A stretch of 64,000 nucleotides of DNA, from assembly GCA_963787125.1 (NCBI GenBank), contig CAWBBV010000024.1, forward strand, positions 96,001 to 160,000, in the 5' to 3' direction. The notes beneath the pieces are model-generated. The model did no database searches. It was not told the origin of the DNA and saw only the letters and a program-made list of their open reading frames with translations. Positions 40,496 to 50,851 of the stretch are shown here, piece after piece. Position numbers and translations under genes: made by a program. Source of the DNA: an uncultured delta proteobacterium (GTDB taxonomy: Bacteria > Desulfobacterota > Desulfuromonadia > Geobacterales > DSM-12255). Position 1 is the stretch's first letter. Every line of letters begins with the position of its first letter.

Positions 40496-40938
40496 TGTAT
40501 ATCGGTTCTGACCATGGTGGTCTGGAATTGAAAGAGTCAATTGCCGCGTTTCTCAAGGAACGCGGCATCGATTTTAAGGATTGCGGGCCTTTTGATGGAA
40601 CTTCAGTTGATTATCCTGATTATGCTGAGAAAGTTGCCGGTGCAGTTTCGACTGGCGAAGCAGAATCCGGTATACTTATTTGCGGGACAGGCATCGGCAT
40701 CTCCATAGCTGCCAATAAGTTTCCGCAAGTGCGTGCAGCTCTCACCACTGACGCGTTTATGGCGCGAATGGCCAAAGAGCATAACAATGCTAATATACTT
40801 GTTCTGGGAGGAAGGATTACCTCTCCTCAGAAAGGACGGGAGATTGTGACCGCATGGCTTGATGCGAAATTTGAAGGTGGGCGCCATCAAGGTCGTCTTG
40901 ATAAGATAACAGCAATTGAAAAGCGCTTCAGCAGCTAA
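40492..40938 (+). CDS. rpiB: Ribose-5-phosphate isomerase B
   Basis: GSDHGG, DYPD, CGTGIG, HNNAN, FEGGRH. Confidence 0.95.
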   Translation: MMYIGSDHGGLELKESIAAFLKERGIDFKDCGPFDGTSVDYPDYAEKVAGAVSTGEAESGILICGTGIGISIAANKFPQVRAALTTDAFMARMAKEHNNANILVLGGRITSPQKGREIVTAWLDAKFEGGRHQGRLDKITAIEKRFSS

Positions 40939-41024
40939 ATAATGTGGATTTAATATTAAATTATAAGATGTTTACGGGACTCTCAATAGTCCCGTTTCCA
41001 TTTTATCCAGTAGAAGGAGAATTT

Positions 41025-42272
41025 ATGTCAATACTCGAATCATTTGACCCGGAAGTAGCAACGTCCATCCGTCTTGAAACTGAGCGGCAGGAGTATAATC
41101 TGGAGCTGATAGCGTCAGAGAACTTCGTTTCTGAGGCGGTTCTGGAGGCACAAGGATCAATCCTTACCAACAAGTATGCCGAAGGATATCCAGGCAAGAG
41201 ATATTACGGTGGCTGTCACCAGGTAGATGTTGTCGAGCAGCTAGCTATTGATCGTGCTAAAGAGCTGTTTGGCGCCGAACACGCTAATGTTCAACCTCAT
41301 TCAGGTTCGCAGGCGAACATGGCCGTCTACTTTGCTGCCTGCAAACCCGGTGATACTATTCTCGGAATGAATCTTGCTCATGGCGGCCATCTGACTCACG
41401 GCAGCCCTGTCAACTTTTCAGGTAAACTTTTTAATATTGTTCCTTACGGTGTTTCACCAGAGACCGAGACAATTGATTATGAAGAGGTAGAACGTTTAGC
41501 CGTTACGCATAAACCGAAAATGATTGTTGTCGGCGCCAGTGCTTATCCGCGAATAATCGATTTCCCCGCCTTCAGAACAATTGCTGACAAGGTTGGAGCA
41601 GTCATTATGGTCGATATGGCTCATTTTGCAGGTCTGGTTGCTGCCGGGGTTCACCCAAGTCCCATTCCTTATGCCGAATTCGTCACTACCACCACTCATA
41701 AAACTCTGCGTGGTCCCCGTGGCGGTATGATTCTTTGCAGGGAAGAGTTTGCCAAGACCCTTAATTCCCAAATCTTTCCCGGTATACAGGGCGGTCCACT
41801 CATGCATGTAATCGCTGCCAAGGCTGTTGCCTTCAAGGAAGCGTTGCAACCTGAGTTTAAGGTTTATCAGCAGCAGATAGTTAAAAATGCAAAGGCTCTT
41901 GCTGAAGCATTGATGGCGAGAGGTTTCAAGCTTACCAGTAACGGTACCGACAATCACCTGATGCTGATTAACTTCACTGGCACCGATATTACCGGTAAGG
42001 CTGCTGAAGAAGCTCTAGACAAAGCCGGCATAACAGTCAATAAAAACACGGTTCCTTTTGAAACCCGTTCACCTTTTGTCACCTCAGGGATACGCATCGG
42101 AACTCCGGCAGCAACTTCCCATGGTCTGAAAGAGGCCGAGATGGCAGTTGTCGCAGGATTTATCGCCGAAGCCATTGCCAATATGGCGGATGATAACAAA
42201 CTGTTGCTGATTAAATCATCCGTGAATGAGCTTATGAAGCGTTTTCCACTCTATGCGAGCCGCCTTAAATAG
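41025..42272 (+). CDS. glyA: Serine hydroxymethyltransferase
   Basis: [34 protein letters not shown] 41025 with AAGGAG RBS. Confidence 0.97.
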   Translation: MSILESFDPEVATSIRLETERQEYNLELIASENFVSEAVLEAQGSILTNKYAEGYPGKRYYGGCHQVDVVEQLAIDRAKELFGAEHANVQPHSGSQANMAVYFAACKPGDTILGMNLAHGGHLTHGSPVNFSGKLFNIVPYGVSPETETIDYEEVERLAVTHKPKMIVVGASAYPRIIDFPAFRTIADKVGAVIMVDMAHFAGLVAAGVHPSPIPYAEFVTTTTHKTLRGPRGGMILCREEFAKTLNSQIFPGIQGGPLMHVIAAKAVAFKEALQPEFKVYQQQIVKNAKALAEALMARGFKLTSNGTDNHLMLINFTGTDITGKAAEEALDKAGITVNKNTVPFETRSPFVTSGIRIGTPAATSHGLKEAEMAVVAGFIAEAIANMADDNKLLLIKSSVNELMKRFPLYASRLK

Positions 42273-42302
42273 CATTTCTGTTATTTATACTGTTTAAACC
42301 AT

Positions 42303-42327
42303 AAGGGCGCTTGTTTGCGCCCTTTTT
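42303..42327 (+). terminator. Intrinsic terminator after glyA
   Basis: AAGGGCGC-TTGTTT-GCGCCCTTTTT. Confidence 0.78.
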
Positions 42328-42395
42328 AAATTACGGCTATTCCCCGTAATTGCCTGCCTGCAGGCTGGAATTATATGACTGGAAGGGAGTCTTAA

Positions 42396-42806
42396 GTGTC
42401 AAAAAAAAGGATAAGATTCACGATAACCAGTGGTAATCTTGAAACAGCGCACAACTGTGACTGTTATAAATGGATCCGTCATCTGGCACTGAACAGAGTG
42501 AAAACCGATGACTTGCAAACATTACTGAGTGGCAGGTTCCCTTCAGGGAAAATGTTTGTGCTTGATATGCTGGAGTTCTTAAGAAAAACCGATGATCATC
42601 TCGACCGCTTCCTGACTGGAAGGCGCGGAATTCAAACGGATGACCTATTGTCTATCGAAAATGATGCAGTACGCCAGCTTTTGAATAGGGACTTCCCTGA
42701 ATTGGTGGCTGAATTAGCTAACTCTGAATCGGTAAAAAGGGTAATCAAGCGCCGTCCAGGACAAGTTGATCTTTCCGTATTGGTTGATATGGGTAAAAAA
42801 CCCTGA
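42396..42806 (+). CDS. Hypothetical protein
   Basis: 136-aa ORF, GTG start with GGGAG RBS; no recognisable motif. Confidence 0.6.
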   Translation: MSKKRIRFTITSGNLETAHNCDCYKWIRHLALNRVKTDDLQTLLSGRFPSGKMFVLDMLEFLRKTDDHLDRFLTGRRGIQTDDLLSIENDAVRQLLNRDFPELVAELANSESVKRVIKRRPGQVDLSVLVDMGKKP

Positions 42807-42922
42807 TGCAGTTAAGCACTTGGCTTGCCTGAATTAGCAACTACTCGTATGGCTGTTTATCTGTAGTAATTTTATCTTTCTTTAGTGCCGTGTATCAAGC
42901 CTGCTGGTCTCTTGAGGGGAAA

Positions 42923-44554
42923 ATGAAAAGATTCAAAATGTACTGTTTGTCAATTATCATAATCACAGTATCGGTCTTTTCTTCAATTGTGGGTATTTGT
43001 GAAAATATAGCTGAAAATAAAAACACTACATCGCTGAATATTAAGCAGATAACAGACGGACTTGTGGTTATTGTCAACAGTAATCAGAAAAAATTAGACA
43101 ATATCCATTTTGATTGCGCTGAGGAAACCAATGAAATAATCGTCGACTTACCTGCAGATAGTGAAATTCCCCGGTTAGAAACCCTGCAAAACAACCCTAA
43201 TATTATTAAAAACGGTGTGTCTACTTCAACTTTGCCGAAAGATGAGATGCAACGGCTCAAAATTGTTCCGAAATTGAAGCTTTACTGCTCCGGCTTTAAG
43301 ATGGTCAATAAATTCCAAAGGTATATTACCTATTTTTATCCCGCGGGTCATAATTTAAAACTGACTGCGGTAAATATGAAAGGTTTTGATTTTGATGAAA
43401 AAAATCCGAAGGTGCAAGTTAGCGGTTCATTCATACTGACATTCAATGAATCTCTGGGTAATGTTGATCTTACTGATGCAATCAGTGTCGTTGAAAACCG
43501 GTTGACAGTCAGATTGAATCCGAGAGATTTTGTTAATCAGGAGCTGATTTCGTCAAATTTTCCGCTAACAAACCTTGTAGTTGCTAAAACTTCAAATGAT
43601 TTACCTGGAGTGCACAACTTTACTTTTCAGACTGTTAATGATGCCGAGATCTCTAAAGTAACGGCAAAAATGATCAAGTCTCAAAGCAGTAGCGAGTTAC
43701 GTATAGACATTAACCTTACTGTCTCTCTTTACGATACCGGACGTAAATTCTATGAAAAGGGTGATTCTCGCCGGGCTCTCTGGTATCTGGATGCCGTGAA
43801 GAGTGATCCTGCATTTGCACTTGTTTCAAGGATGTCAATCGGCACTATTTTCTGGAATGAGGATAACTATTCCGAGGCATACAAAAGCTTCAAAGAGTTG
43901 ATCGATCTTGATAGGTCCTGGGAGTTTCCGGAAGCCAGGTACTTTGCGACAAAAGCATATTATCTGACAAATAAGACTTTGAGCTTTGAGCTGTCAGGAC
44001 GATTAAAAGAGTATTTACGACGCTGTGACCGCATGAAGTATCCAAGTTGCAGCGAGGCAAGGGAATTATCTGATCAGGTGAATGAACCAGCATTAAAATT
44101 GAACCTTGCCACCAAGCCCGAAATGAAAAAACTTGTTGCCAGGTTGTCTGACCCAATGCTCAACTTTAGTGAAGTCCAGAAAAACGTATTTCATTACTGG
44201 GCTACGTGGTGTCCGTTATGTTTGGAAGAGATGCCTAAAATCATGAAGTATGCTGTAGCTAATCCAAATATATCAATCTATATAGTTGCAAAAAATGATA
44301 GCCAGAAGAATATTTTCAGCTCCTTATTAAAAGCAGGAGCAATCCGACGGAAAAACATCTTCTATTATATTGACACAAAAGACGATATCATGCTGCGGCA
44401 GATGGTTCCGCTTATTCTGGCAAATAAGGAACCCGTAACCCCATTGCCCATATCGGTTTTTCTTCAGAGGGAAGCACCTTTCTATCTTACGGATAAAATG
44501 AACTGGACAGAAGCAGAGCTTTCCCAAATATGGAAACTAAAGTATAAAGATTAG
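42923..44554 (+). CDS. Exported TPR plus TlpA-like thioredoxin domain protein
   Basis: Hydrophobic N-terminus; TPR-like helices (LYDTGRKFYEKGD, EAYKSFKELI, PEARYF); HYWATWCPLC active site. Confidence 0.72.
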   Translation: MKRFKMYCLSIIIITVSVFSSIVGICENIAENKNTTSLNIKQITDGLVVIVNSNQKKLDNIHFDCAEETNEIIVDLPADSEIPRLETLQNNPNIIKNGVSTSTLPKDEMQRLKIVPKLKLYCSGFKMVNKFQRYITYFYPAGHNLKLTAVNMKGFDFDEKNPKVQVSGSFILTFNESLGNVDLTDAISVVENRLTVRLNPRDFVNQELISSNFPLTNLVVAKTSNDLPGVHNFTFQTVNDAEISKVTAKMIKSQSSSELRIDINLTVSLYDTGRKFYEKGDSRRALWYLDAVKSDPAFALVSRMSIGTIFWNEDNYSEAYKSFKELIDLDRSWEFPEARYFATKAYYLTNKTLSFELSGRLKEYLRRCDRMKYPSCSEARELSDQVNEPALKLNLATKPEMKKLVARLSDPMLNFSEVQKNVFHYWATWCPLCLEEMPKIMKYAVANPNISIYIVAKNDSQKNIFSSLLKAGAIRRKNIFYYIDTKDDIMLRQMVPLILANKEPVTPLPISVFLQREAPFYLTDKMNWTEAELSQIWKLKYKD

Positions 44555-44596
44555 CTTTTAAACTGCATTTTATCAATTTTCTGGAGGCGTAAAACG

Positions 44597-45592
44597 ATGA
44601 GCGGATTTACCAGGATTTCAACTAGTCTATTAATAATGTCAATAACAGTGTGTACCAGTGGTTTTGCTGCTAATTATAACGTTATTGCCCCTAAAAATCA
44701 AAAAAACAGTGAAATTAAGCCGATTGTTGGGACGGATCTGCCGGTTGGCAGAAATATTCCGGCAATTCAGCCCGACGCCACTTTGTCAAATCCTTGTCCA
44801 AACGAGACAGACTGGTTACTGTCAACTGTGCCATTAACAAGCAGTGAAAAAAATGGTGATGACGTCTCCAGAAGTCCTGGCAGTACTTTCCTGCCTGAAA
44901 ATATGCAAAAAGAGTTGCTGGATATTGCTGCGAAAGAAAATATTTCCATGCAGGAACTGTGCAGTAAATTGAATAAATACAAGAGCAGGCTTGAAGAGTA
45001 TGCCGGTGATCCTCAGGAATATAACAGGCAACGTATGTTGATTTTAGAGGAAATGCTCGATTGCAGAAAAAGTTGCGGTAAAATATTGAATAAATTCGCT
45101 GGATTGTACACTGAAAGCTCTAGGATGTATTTTGCCGGGATAGTCAGGTTCAATGTTGGTTCAAAAAAAGTGGAGAATGTCTTCAAGGGGGATAAGTCAC
45201 AAGGATATCTTAAAATTAATAATGAAGAGCACCTGAAAGCTGCTTTATCTCGCTGGCAGAAAGATCAGAGCCAAAGGGTTCAGCTTGACGCAAGAGCCTC
45301 AATTCCAGGCTCTACCGATATTAATGACCGTATCTCAAAAACCAGAGCTGAGTCGGTTCTGAGCTGGTTAACAGAACGCGGTGTCCCGGCTTCACAGATC
45401 AGCATCAGGTGGCTGGGCAAATATGGGCCGTTGATTAACAGGTCAGTGGCACGCGCCTATAGGATCGAAGATATTTTTGAAGAATATCAGAAGCATAAAG
45501 CTAAACAGTCCACCAGTCTGGTCGGCTCTCAGGGGATCGAATCATTTTTTGACGGTTTAAATCAGAGTGTCTGCATTTTTGTACTTCCATAG
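44597..45592 (+). CDS. Exported protein with OmpA-like C-terminal peptidoglycan-binding domain
   Basis: Signal peptide; ARASIPGS..IN.RISKTRAESV..WL.ERGV...I resembles the OmpA-C signature. Confidence 0.65.
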   Translation: MSGFTRISTSLLIMSITVCTSGFAANYNVIAPKNQKNSEIKPIVGTDLPVGRNIPAIQPDATLSNPCPNETDWLLSTVPLTSSEKNGDDVSRSPGSTFLPENMQKELLDIAAKENISMQELCSKLNKYKSRLEEYAGDPQEYNRQRMLILEEMLDCRKSCGKILNKFAGLYTESSRMYFAGIVRFNVGSKKVENVFKGDKSQGYLKINNEEHLKAALSRWQKDQSQRVQLDARASIPGSTDINDRISKTRAESVLSWLTERGVPASQISIRWLGKYGPLINRSVARAYRIEDIFEEYQKHKAKQSTSLVGSQGIESFFDGLNQSVCIFVLP

Positions 45593-45614
45593 AGCTAATT
45601 ACGGAGATTAAGCC

Positions 45615-46124
45615 TTGAACCTGAACTATTTAAAGATAGGTCTTTTATTTGTCGCCACTATTTTTGTTATAGCGGTAGCAGCACCAGAGGCGTATTCCGG
45701 GGAAAAAATATTCAAATATGACGATCAGTATGTCCGGATTGAGGCTGGGATGATTAGCGGTGGGAGCAAGGGCACTGCTGGAATAGAGGTGCTGATGACG
45801 CCAATGTCTGGTTGGAAACTCCTCGCAGACAACTCTTCCAGCATCAAGCCGCTACGCCTTAAGTTGCTGTCGTCGAAATGTCTGCAATTGAAAGACGCAA
45901 CGCAATTTTCACCACCGGACCTTTCCGGAACGGATGACAGTGGTGTCTATTCGGAGTACTTTACAAAAACAGCAACTCTCAGGCAGGAGTTCTCGCTGCT
46001 GAAGTGTCTGCCAAAGAGCGGCTTAGTCAGTTCCGCTACCTTAACCTACCTGCTCTGTCAGAACAATAAATGCGTCGGTCCCTTTTCCAGAGAAATCAAA
46101 TTTAAGGTGTCTGGCCAGAAATAA
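45615..46124 (+). CDS. Exported DsbD N-terminal-like domain protein
   Basis: Signal peptide, GWKL, C-terminal YLLCQNNKCVGP Cys pair typical of DsbD-alpha-like domains. Confidence 0.6.
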   Translation: MNLNYLKIGLLFVATIFVIAVAAPEAYSGEKIFKYDDQYVRIEAGMISGGSKGTAGIEVLMTPMSGWKLLADNSSSIKPLRLKLLSSKCLQLKDATQFSPPDLSGTDDSGVYSEYFTKTATLRQEFSLLKCLPKSGLVSSATLTYLLCQNNKCVGPFSREIKFKVSGQK

Positions 46125-46170
46125 AACCGCTATAAAACTGACACAAGCAATCTGAACTTTGCCTGTTTTA

Positions 46171-47664
46171 TTATTCAACCTTTCGCATAACAAGCCGACT
46201 GCCTCTTTCGGCCTGTGTATCGTCTTTAGGCTCTACTTCCAGAAGCAGCAGTTCCTTGCTGTGATCATCGTAAGAAAAATCTGCGAGGTAATTCTGACTC
46301 TGCCCGGTACGCCATTTTTCCTGTAAGGACGTTCCATTCCAGGAGAATCGTACCACGCTGTTTTTAGAAAAACCACGGCTGCCGCTGTTGGTTGAACCGC
46401 TGTTGCGTGAGGCTACCACGTCGCCGGATTTAGTGGTCAGAAGGCGCTGTGGCGGCGTAAAACTACAAGAGGGAGCCAAAGGAAGAGTGGAGATTTTGTC
46501 TGACTGGCATGTGATGGCTTCACTGCCGCCGAATTTGTCGCGACTTTTCCAGAGCAGCTTTCTTTCCTTGGAGTAAACCAGGAGATAGCCCTCAGGGTGG
46601 CCAACTATAAAAAGCTGCTTCCCTTTTGAGTCGGAAAACTGGTTGAAGTTGTAAAGATTGGCGAAGGAAGGCAACTGTAGCGGGCTGTCAGTTGTGAAAT
46701 TATCGTCACTTTTGCTCAGTCTGGATACATTGCCGGTGAAGTTGCCGCCGGTATCTATTTTCTGCGCAAAGACTTGTGGCTCGTTCCCTTCCAGAGCAAT
46801 GCTTCTCAGCATGTAAGGAAGATCGCCGACAATTTTCTTCAGGACATTGTTTTCGGGGATATATACCTGGGAAGCAGGCAGACCACCTTTTAATAAACTT
46901 ACATACACTTCCGGTACCCCGTTCTTGTCCAGATCCGCTACATCTACACCAACGATTTTTTCATCAGCCTCGAACACCACTGCTGAAAGGAACTGCAAGC
47001 TGTCTGCTTTAAGGTAGTAACGCAAATAGCGCTCTCCGGATACAAAAACCTCTACCCCCTTATTAGCTATTGTTCTGCCGCTTGCAATGCCGGTTAAAAC
47101 TTCAGGAAGTCTATGGCTGATCCACGGTTTTTCTGACAATTTATCCTCTTTGGGTAAATATACAGGCACTGTTTCAACTCGGGTTGTCCCCTTTGCAGCT
47201 AATGGTTTATTCGGAATCTTTTTTGTTGGAAGAGTCAATGTATTGCCGGTTGTTTCCTGCGAAAGTGTCGGGTTCCATTTAAAGATCGCACGACGAAGTT
47301 GGTTAGCCATCTCGGTTACAGCCGGGATCAGTTCATTCATTGTATCGCCTTGGACAAATACCCGGTCAATAAAGACCCCGGCGCTGGTCTTTATAAGAGC
47401 GTCAAGACTGAAAATAGTCCCAAAGACAATATAGCTGCCGGCAATCTGAATCTCGGCATCTGATTGATTTTCAACTGTCTGGATCCCGGTGCTATTCAGC
47501 CTGGACATGAGCAGTGTCTGTAATGACAACCTCAACTCTTCCTTATTTTCAGCAGAGGAAACCGTAAACCTGTTTACGTAGGCTTTGACCATGGCAGCGT
47601 GCCCTGTTTGACTGGTCAGAAAAAATGTCATTATAATGACTAAACAACAAACGACTTTGTTCAT
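46171..47664 (-). CDS. Exported FG-GAP/VCBS-repeat protein
   Basis: Signal peptide; VDVADLDKNGVPEVYV. Confidence 0.7.
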   Translation of the reverse strand: MNKVVCCLVIIMTFFLTSQTGHAAMVKAYVNRFTVSSAENKEELRLSLQTLLMSRLNSTGIQTVENQSDAEIQIAGSYIVFGTIFSLDALIKTSAGVFIDRVFVQGDTMNELIPAVTEMANQLRRAIFKWNPTLSQETTGNTLTLPTKKIPNKPLAAKGTTRVETVPVYLPKEDKLSEKPWISHRLPEVLTGIASGRTIANKGVEVFVSGERYLRYYLKADSLQFLSAVVFEADEKIVGVDVADLDKNGVPEVYVSLLKGGLPASQVYIPENNVLKKIVGDLPYMLRSIALEGNEPQVFAQKIDTGGNFTGNVSRLSKSDDNFTTDSPLQLPSFANLYNFNQFSDSKGKQLFIVGHPEGYLLVYSKERKLLWKSRDKFGGSEAITCQSDKISTLPLAPSCSFTPPQRLLTTKSGDVVASRNSGSTNSGSRGFSKNSVVRFSWNGTSLQEKWRTGQSQNYLADFSYDDHSKELLLLEVEPKDDTQAERGSRLVMRKVE

Positions 47665-47876
47665 ATAAATTCCTTACAGAGGTTGATTGGCAATTTAGAA
47701 TTTAACCTGCTTGCCAAGGGTACGCGTCTGGAAATGAAGAACCGCTAAATACTCAGATTAGATCATATGGTTGGAGCTACCTTCCTACAAGTTAACTTCA
47801 ATTTCCAATTCTGTCAAATAATCCACTGCCGGGAATGGTGATGAATTAATGCAAGCTGTGAATGTATAAACGGTGC

Positions 47877-50045
47877 TCAGGAGCATTGATCAAGGTGCAA
47901 CGTGTCCACAAAGTTACCTAACGCTGCATGCACCCTGTCAGAACCTGCGCCGCTGAGAATCCCGTGACGACCGAGGTCGAACGAAATCATATTCTTGTTA
48001 AGTGAACCTACGTTCTGATAAAGCTCTTCAGTCCCTTCATGGTCAACAACCGGATCGTTGAGCGTCTGCACTATCAGAACCGGTACCAAAATGGCAGGCA
48101 ATTTATCTTCAAGGGTTTTCATAAACTTCTCCATTTCCCAGAGTGACGAGACGGGGAGACGCGCATAGTTGATGTCAGGATGTTCAGGATTAATCGCTAA
48201 AAAATCCTTGCGGCCTTGATCGATTTTCAGGACATCCATTAATCTGTTCCATAAAGCAACTGCAGGCGCAAAACCGGAGCTGAGATCCCGGAGTCGTGCC
48301 GGGGGGGCTACAGCAAAGACTCCGGCAAGATTGTCGATCCTGCTGGCACAGTCAAGCGCCAGACCACCACCAAAAGAAAAGCCGCCAACTGCCACACGCT
48401 TGCAGATTGAGCTCAGCAGCGCATATCCTGTATCCACAGATTCTACCCACTCCCCGGCACTGCGCGCAGCCAGATCTTCCGGTGATGTGCCGTGCCCCCT
48501 GACTCTGACCAGGTAGACGTAATATCCTTTGGCATTAAAGTAGCGTGCCGTTGCCATCATTTCAGCCGGCGCTGCAAGGAAACCGTGGATTAGTAAAATT
48601 CCGAGATCATGATGTTTTCCTGAAAGCAGAACCGGGGCACCTACTGACCGTTCCTTGCTTTCTCCTTGAATGCTGAACTTTTTGTAATCATCTCTGAACT
48701 GCAGCCGGGCATCCTGTCGGAGTGATCTGGCAACCAGCTTTTTGACGACAAAATCGGGAAGCCACGCTGTCAATAGCACTTTACGGCTGACAGCATGAAG
48801 TGCCGCCATTTCATTAGCAATCACTGCCAACGGATTATCGATACGCAACTGTAGGCTGGTGGCGGTTTTATTGAAACGCCCCGGAATCAGGATGAGTTGA
48901 TCATCGTTCTGACTGACCATGCCGCTATCGAGTGCGAGTTTAAGAAAATCGCGGTACTTATGAAAGCGGTCGTCTGTCAGGAGCGCAACCTGACCGATAG
49001 CAAGACTGCTGTGGCAATGGCCTGCGCATACTTTCGGCAAATTGCGGGTCAGGAGAAAAACTCTGCGTTTTAAGTCTATAGCAGCAATGTTGTTGAAGGG
49101 GAGTGCCTTTAGCAGCGCGGCAAAGAGATGATCATGATTAACGGTGGTCATGCTGTAGATGGAGGCCATATAAGCGTGCGTCAATTTGGCCGCTTTCCTG
49201 CGCATTTCAGGCAGTGATGGCAGTTCGTCGTTGAAATTTATCTGACGGCTGGAAAGCAGATCCGTTTTTATGCGTGATGAAGCGAGACTGGGGGCAATCT
49301 CGATCGGTTCGCCGAAGCGGATATCAATATCAACACCAGAGAGGAGCATGGTCCCCTCGGTCAGCATCTCCTCTCGCAGCCTTTCTGACAGGTTATCGAT
49401 GTATCGGTCAGCCAGTTCACTGATAAGGTTCTCTCTGGACCTGATCGGGTAATAAGTTATATTGACAGGGACGATCCAGGTTTTCCGGGCCGTTACCGGC
49501 GTCAGATCGTAAATCTTGAACAAACCGGCAGTACGTAAGGCTTCAGCCGGATTCAAGTCTATGAGCCCCCGGAGTCGCTGTCGATAGAATTCGGTACGCA
49601 GCGCCAGAGATGCCGCTCCGGTGTGAGCCTGGAGTTGTTCCGGGCGGGGTAAGCCGAAGAACGACGGTGATTGGACGAACCTTTTTTCCTTGTCCATTCT
49701 TCCTTCAGGAAAGATGATCCAGTTAGCTTCACCGGTGAGCAGACTTTTGACAATGAGCTGGTCGCGATCGGGGCTGCGCGTGGAGACAGCGCCAACTGTC
49801 TCCAGAAAACCGGCAAACGGTCCTTCAAAGAAAGCAGCATCTGCCAGCGACCAGACTGATGTGCCGGTGAGTTTGTGAATGTGGTATGGCAAAAGCAGCG
49901 TTTCCAGGCGGGTGAAATGATTGCCGACAAAGATGATGGAGCCTTGCGGAAGCTTCTCCTTATCATGGATTATCACTTTAAGGCGTGAGAGTTTCTCCAT
50001 CATGGCAATCATTTTGCCAGTGGCCAGATAAGCGTAGCGGTTCAC
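47877..50045 (-). CDS. PlsC-like acyltransferase fused to an alpha/beta-hydrolase (lipase/esterase)
   Basis: NHFTRLE, IIFPEG; LIHGF, RGHG, GFSFGG nucleophile elbow, DPVV, RHGI. Confidence 0.85.
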   Translation of the reverse strand: MNRYAYLATGKMIAMMEKLSRLKVIIHDKEKLPQGSIIFVGNHFTRLETLLLPYHIHKLTGTSVWSLADAAFFEGPFAGFLETVGAVSTRSPDRDQLIVKSLLTGEANWIIFPEGRMDKEKRFVQSPSFFGLPRPEQLQAHTGAASLALRTEFYRQRLRGLIDLNPAEALRTAGLFKIYDLTPVTARKTWIVPVNITYYPIRSRENLISELADRYIDNLSERLREEMLTEGTMLLSGVDIDIRFGEPIEIAPSLASSRIKTDLLSSRQINFNDELPSLPEMRRKAAKLTHAYMASIYSMTTVNHDHLFAALLKALPFNNIAAIDLKRRVFLLTRNLPKVCAGHCHSSLAIGQVALLTDDRFHKYRDFLKLALDSGMVSQNDDQLILIPGRFNKTATSLQLRIDNPLAVIANEMAALHAVSRKVLLTAWLPDFVVKKLVARSLRQDARLQFRDDYKKFSIQGESKERSVGAPVLLSGKHHDLGILLIHGFLAAPAEMMATARYFNAKGYYVYLVRVRGHGTSPEDLAARSAGEWVESVDTGYALLSSICKRVAVGGFSFGGGLALDCASRIDNLAGVFAVAPPARLRDLSSGFAPAVALWNRLMDVLKIDQGRKDFLAINPEHPDINYARLPVSSLWEMEKFMKTLEDKLPAILVPVLIVQTLNDPVVDHEGTEELYQNVGSLNKNMISFDLGRHGILSGAGSDRVHAALGNFVDTLHLDQCS

Positions 50046-50851
50046 GGTCCGGTCTCCAGTTTTGCCCTGAGCCAGCCGGGACGGTTGGTGATAAGGGTGT
50101 CGACACCGAGGGCGGCGAAGCGTCGTCCGGCGCTAACGCTATCTACCGTCCAGACGTGAATCTCTTTTCCCCTCTGCCGGAGTGTCTTTACCAGTTCCTC
50201 GTTAACCAGAGAACCCGCTTTACCGCCAAGTCCGTCTGCAGCGGACTCCTCAAGAGTCGTCACGATGTTTTCAAGAAGATTTTTACCTCCGGATAACGGG
50301 GATGACTGCTCAAATGCTGTCAGCCAGCAGGTGCGATAGCGCGTGTTTGAGCGCTTGATCTCTTTAAGCAGGTCCGAGTTGAAAGCCAGAATGCGGATCT
50401 GCTCTGGCGGTGTCTGCAGCTCAGCCAGCAGTTGTAACAGGGGCGGGATAATTTCTGCACCGCTTTTCAGTTCGATGAAAAGCCGCTTGCCGCTGGGGAG
50501 GGCTTTGAGAATGGTATCCAGGGTAGGTATGCTCTGGCGCGACAGTTTGTCTCCACCCCTGCAGCCGGCATCCAACAGGGAGAGGTCGGCAAGAGAACTG
50601 TTGGCAACGACCAGATTTACCCCTGTCGTTCGCAGGCTGGTAGCGTCATGCATGGCAACTATCCGCTTGTCCAGAGTGAGGCGAAAGTCGGCCTCAACGC
50701 CGTCAGCACCTTCGAGCCAGGCAAGTTCAAATGCGGCCATGGTGTTCTCAGGGGCGCTGTGTGACGCGCCTCTATGACCTACTATCAGCGGCCTGCTGCT
50801 AGAGCCGTTTTGGCGTTGGTCGCCTGTTTGGTCGCTTTCAGAGATTTGCAT
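50042..50851 (-). CDS. Glycerophosphodiester phosphodiesterase
   Basis: VGHRGAS..APENT, EADFRLT.D, MHD, IELK, HVWTVD, ITNRP. Confidence 0.92.
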   Translation of the reverse strand: MQISESDQTGDQRQNGSSSRPLIVGHRGASHSAPENTMAAFELAWLEGADGVEADFRLTLDKRIVAMHDATSLRTTGVNLVVANSSLADLSLLDAGCRGGDKLSRQSIPTLDTILKALPSGKRLFIELKSGAEIIPPLLQLLAELQTPPEQIRILAFNSDLLKEIKRSNTRYRTCWLTAFEQSSPLSGGKNLLENIVTTLEESAADGLGGKAGSLVNEELVKTLRQRGKEIHVWTVDSVSAGRRFAALGVDTLITNRPGWLRAKLETGP

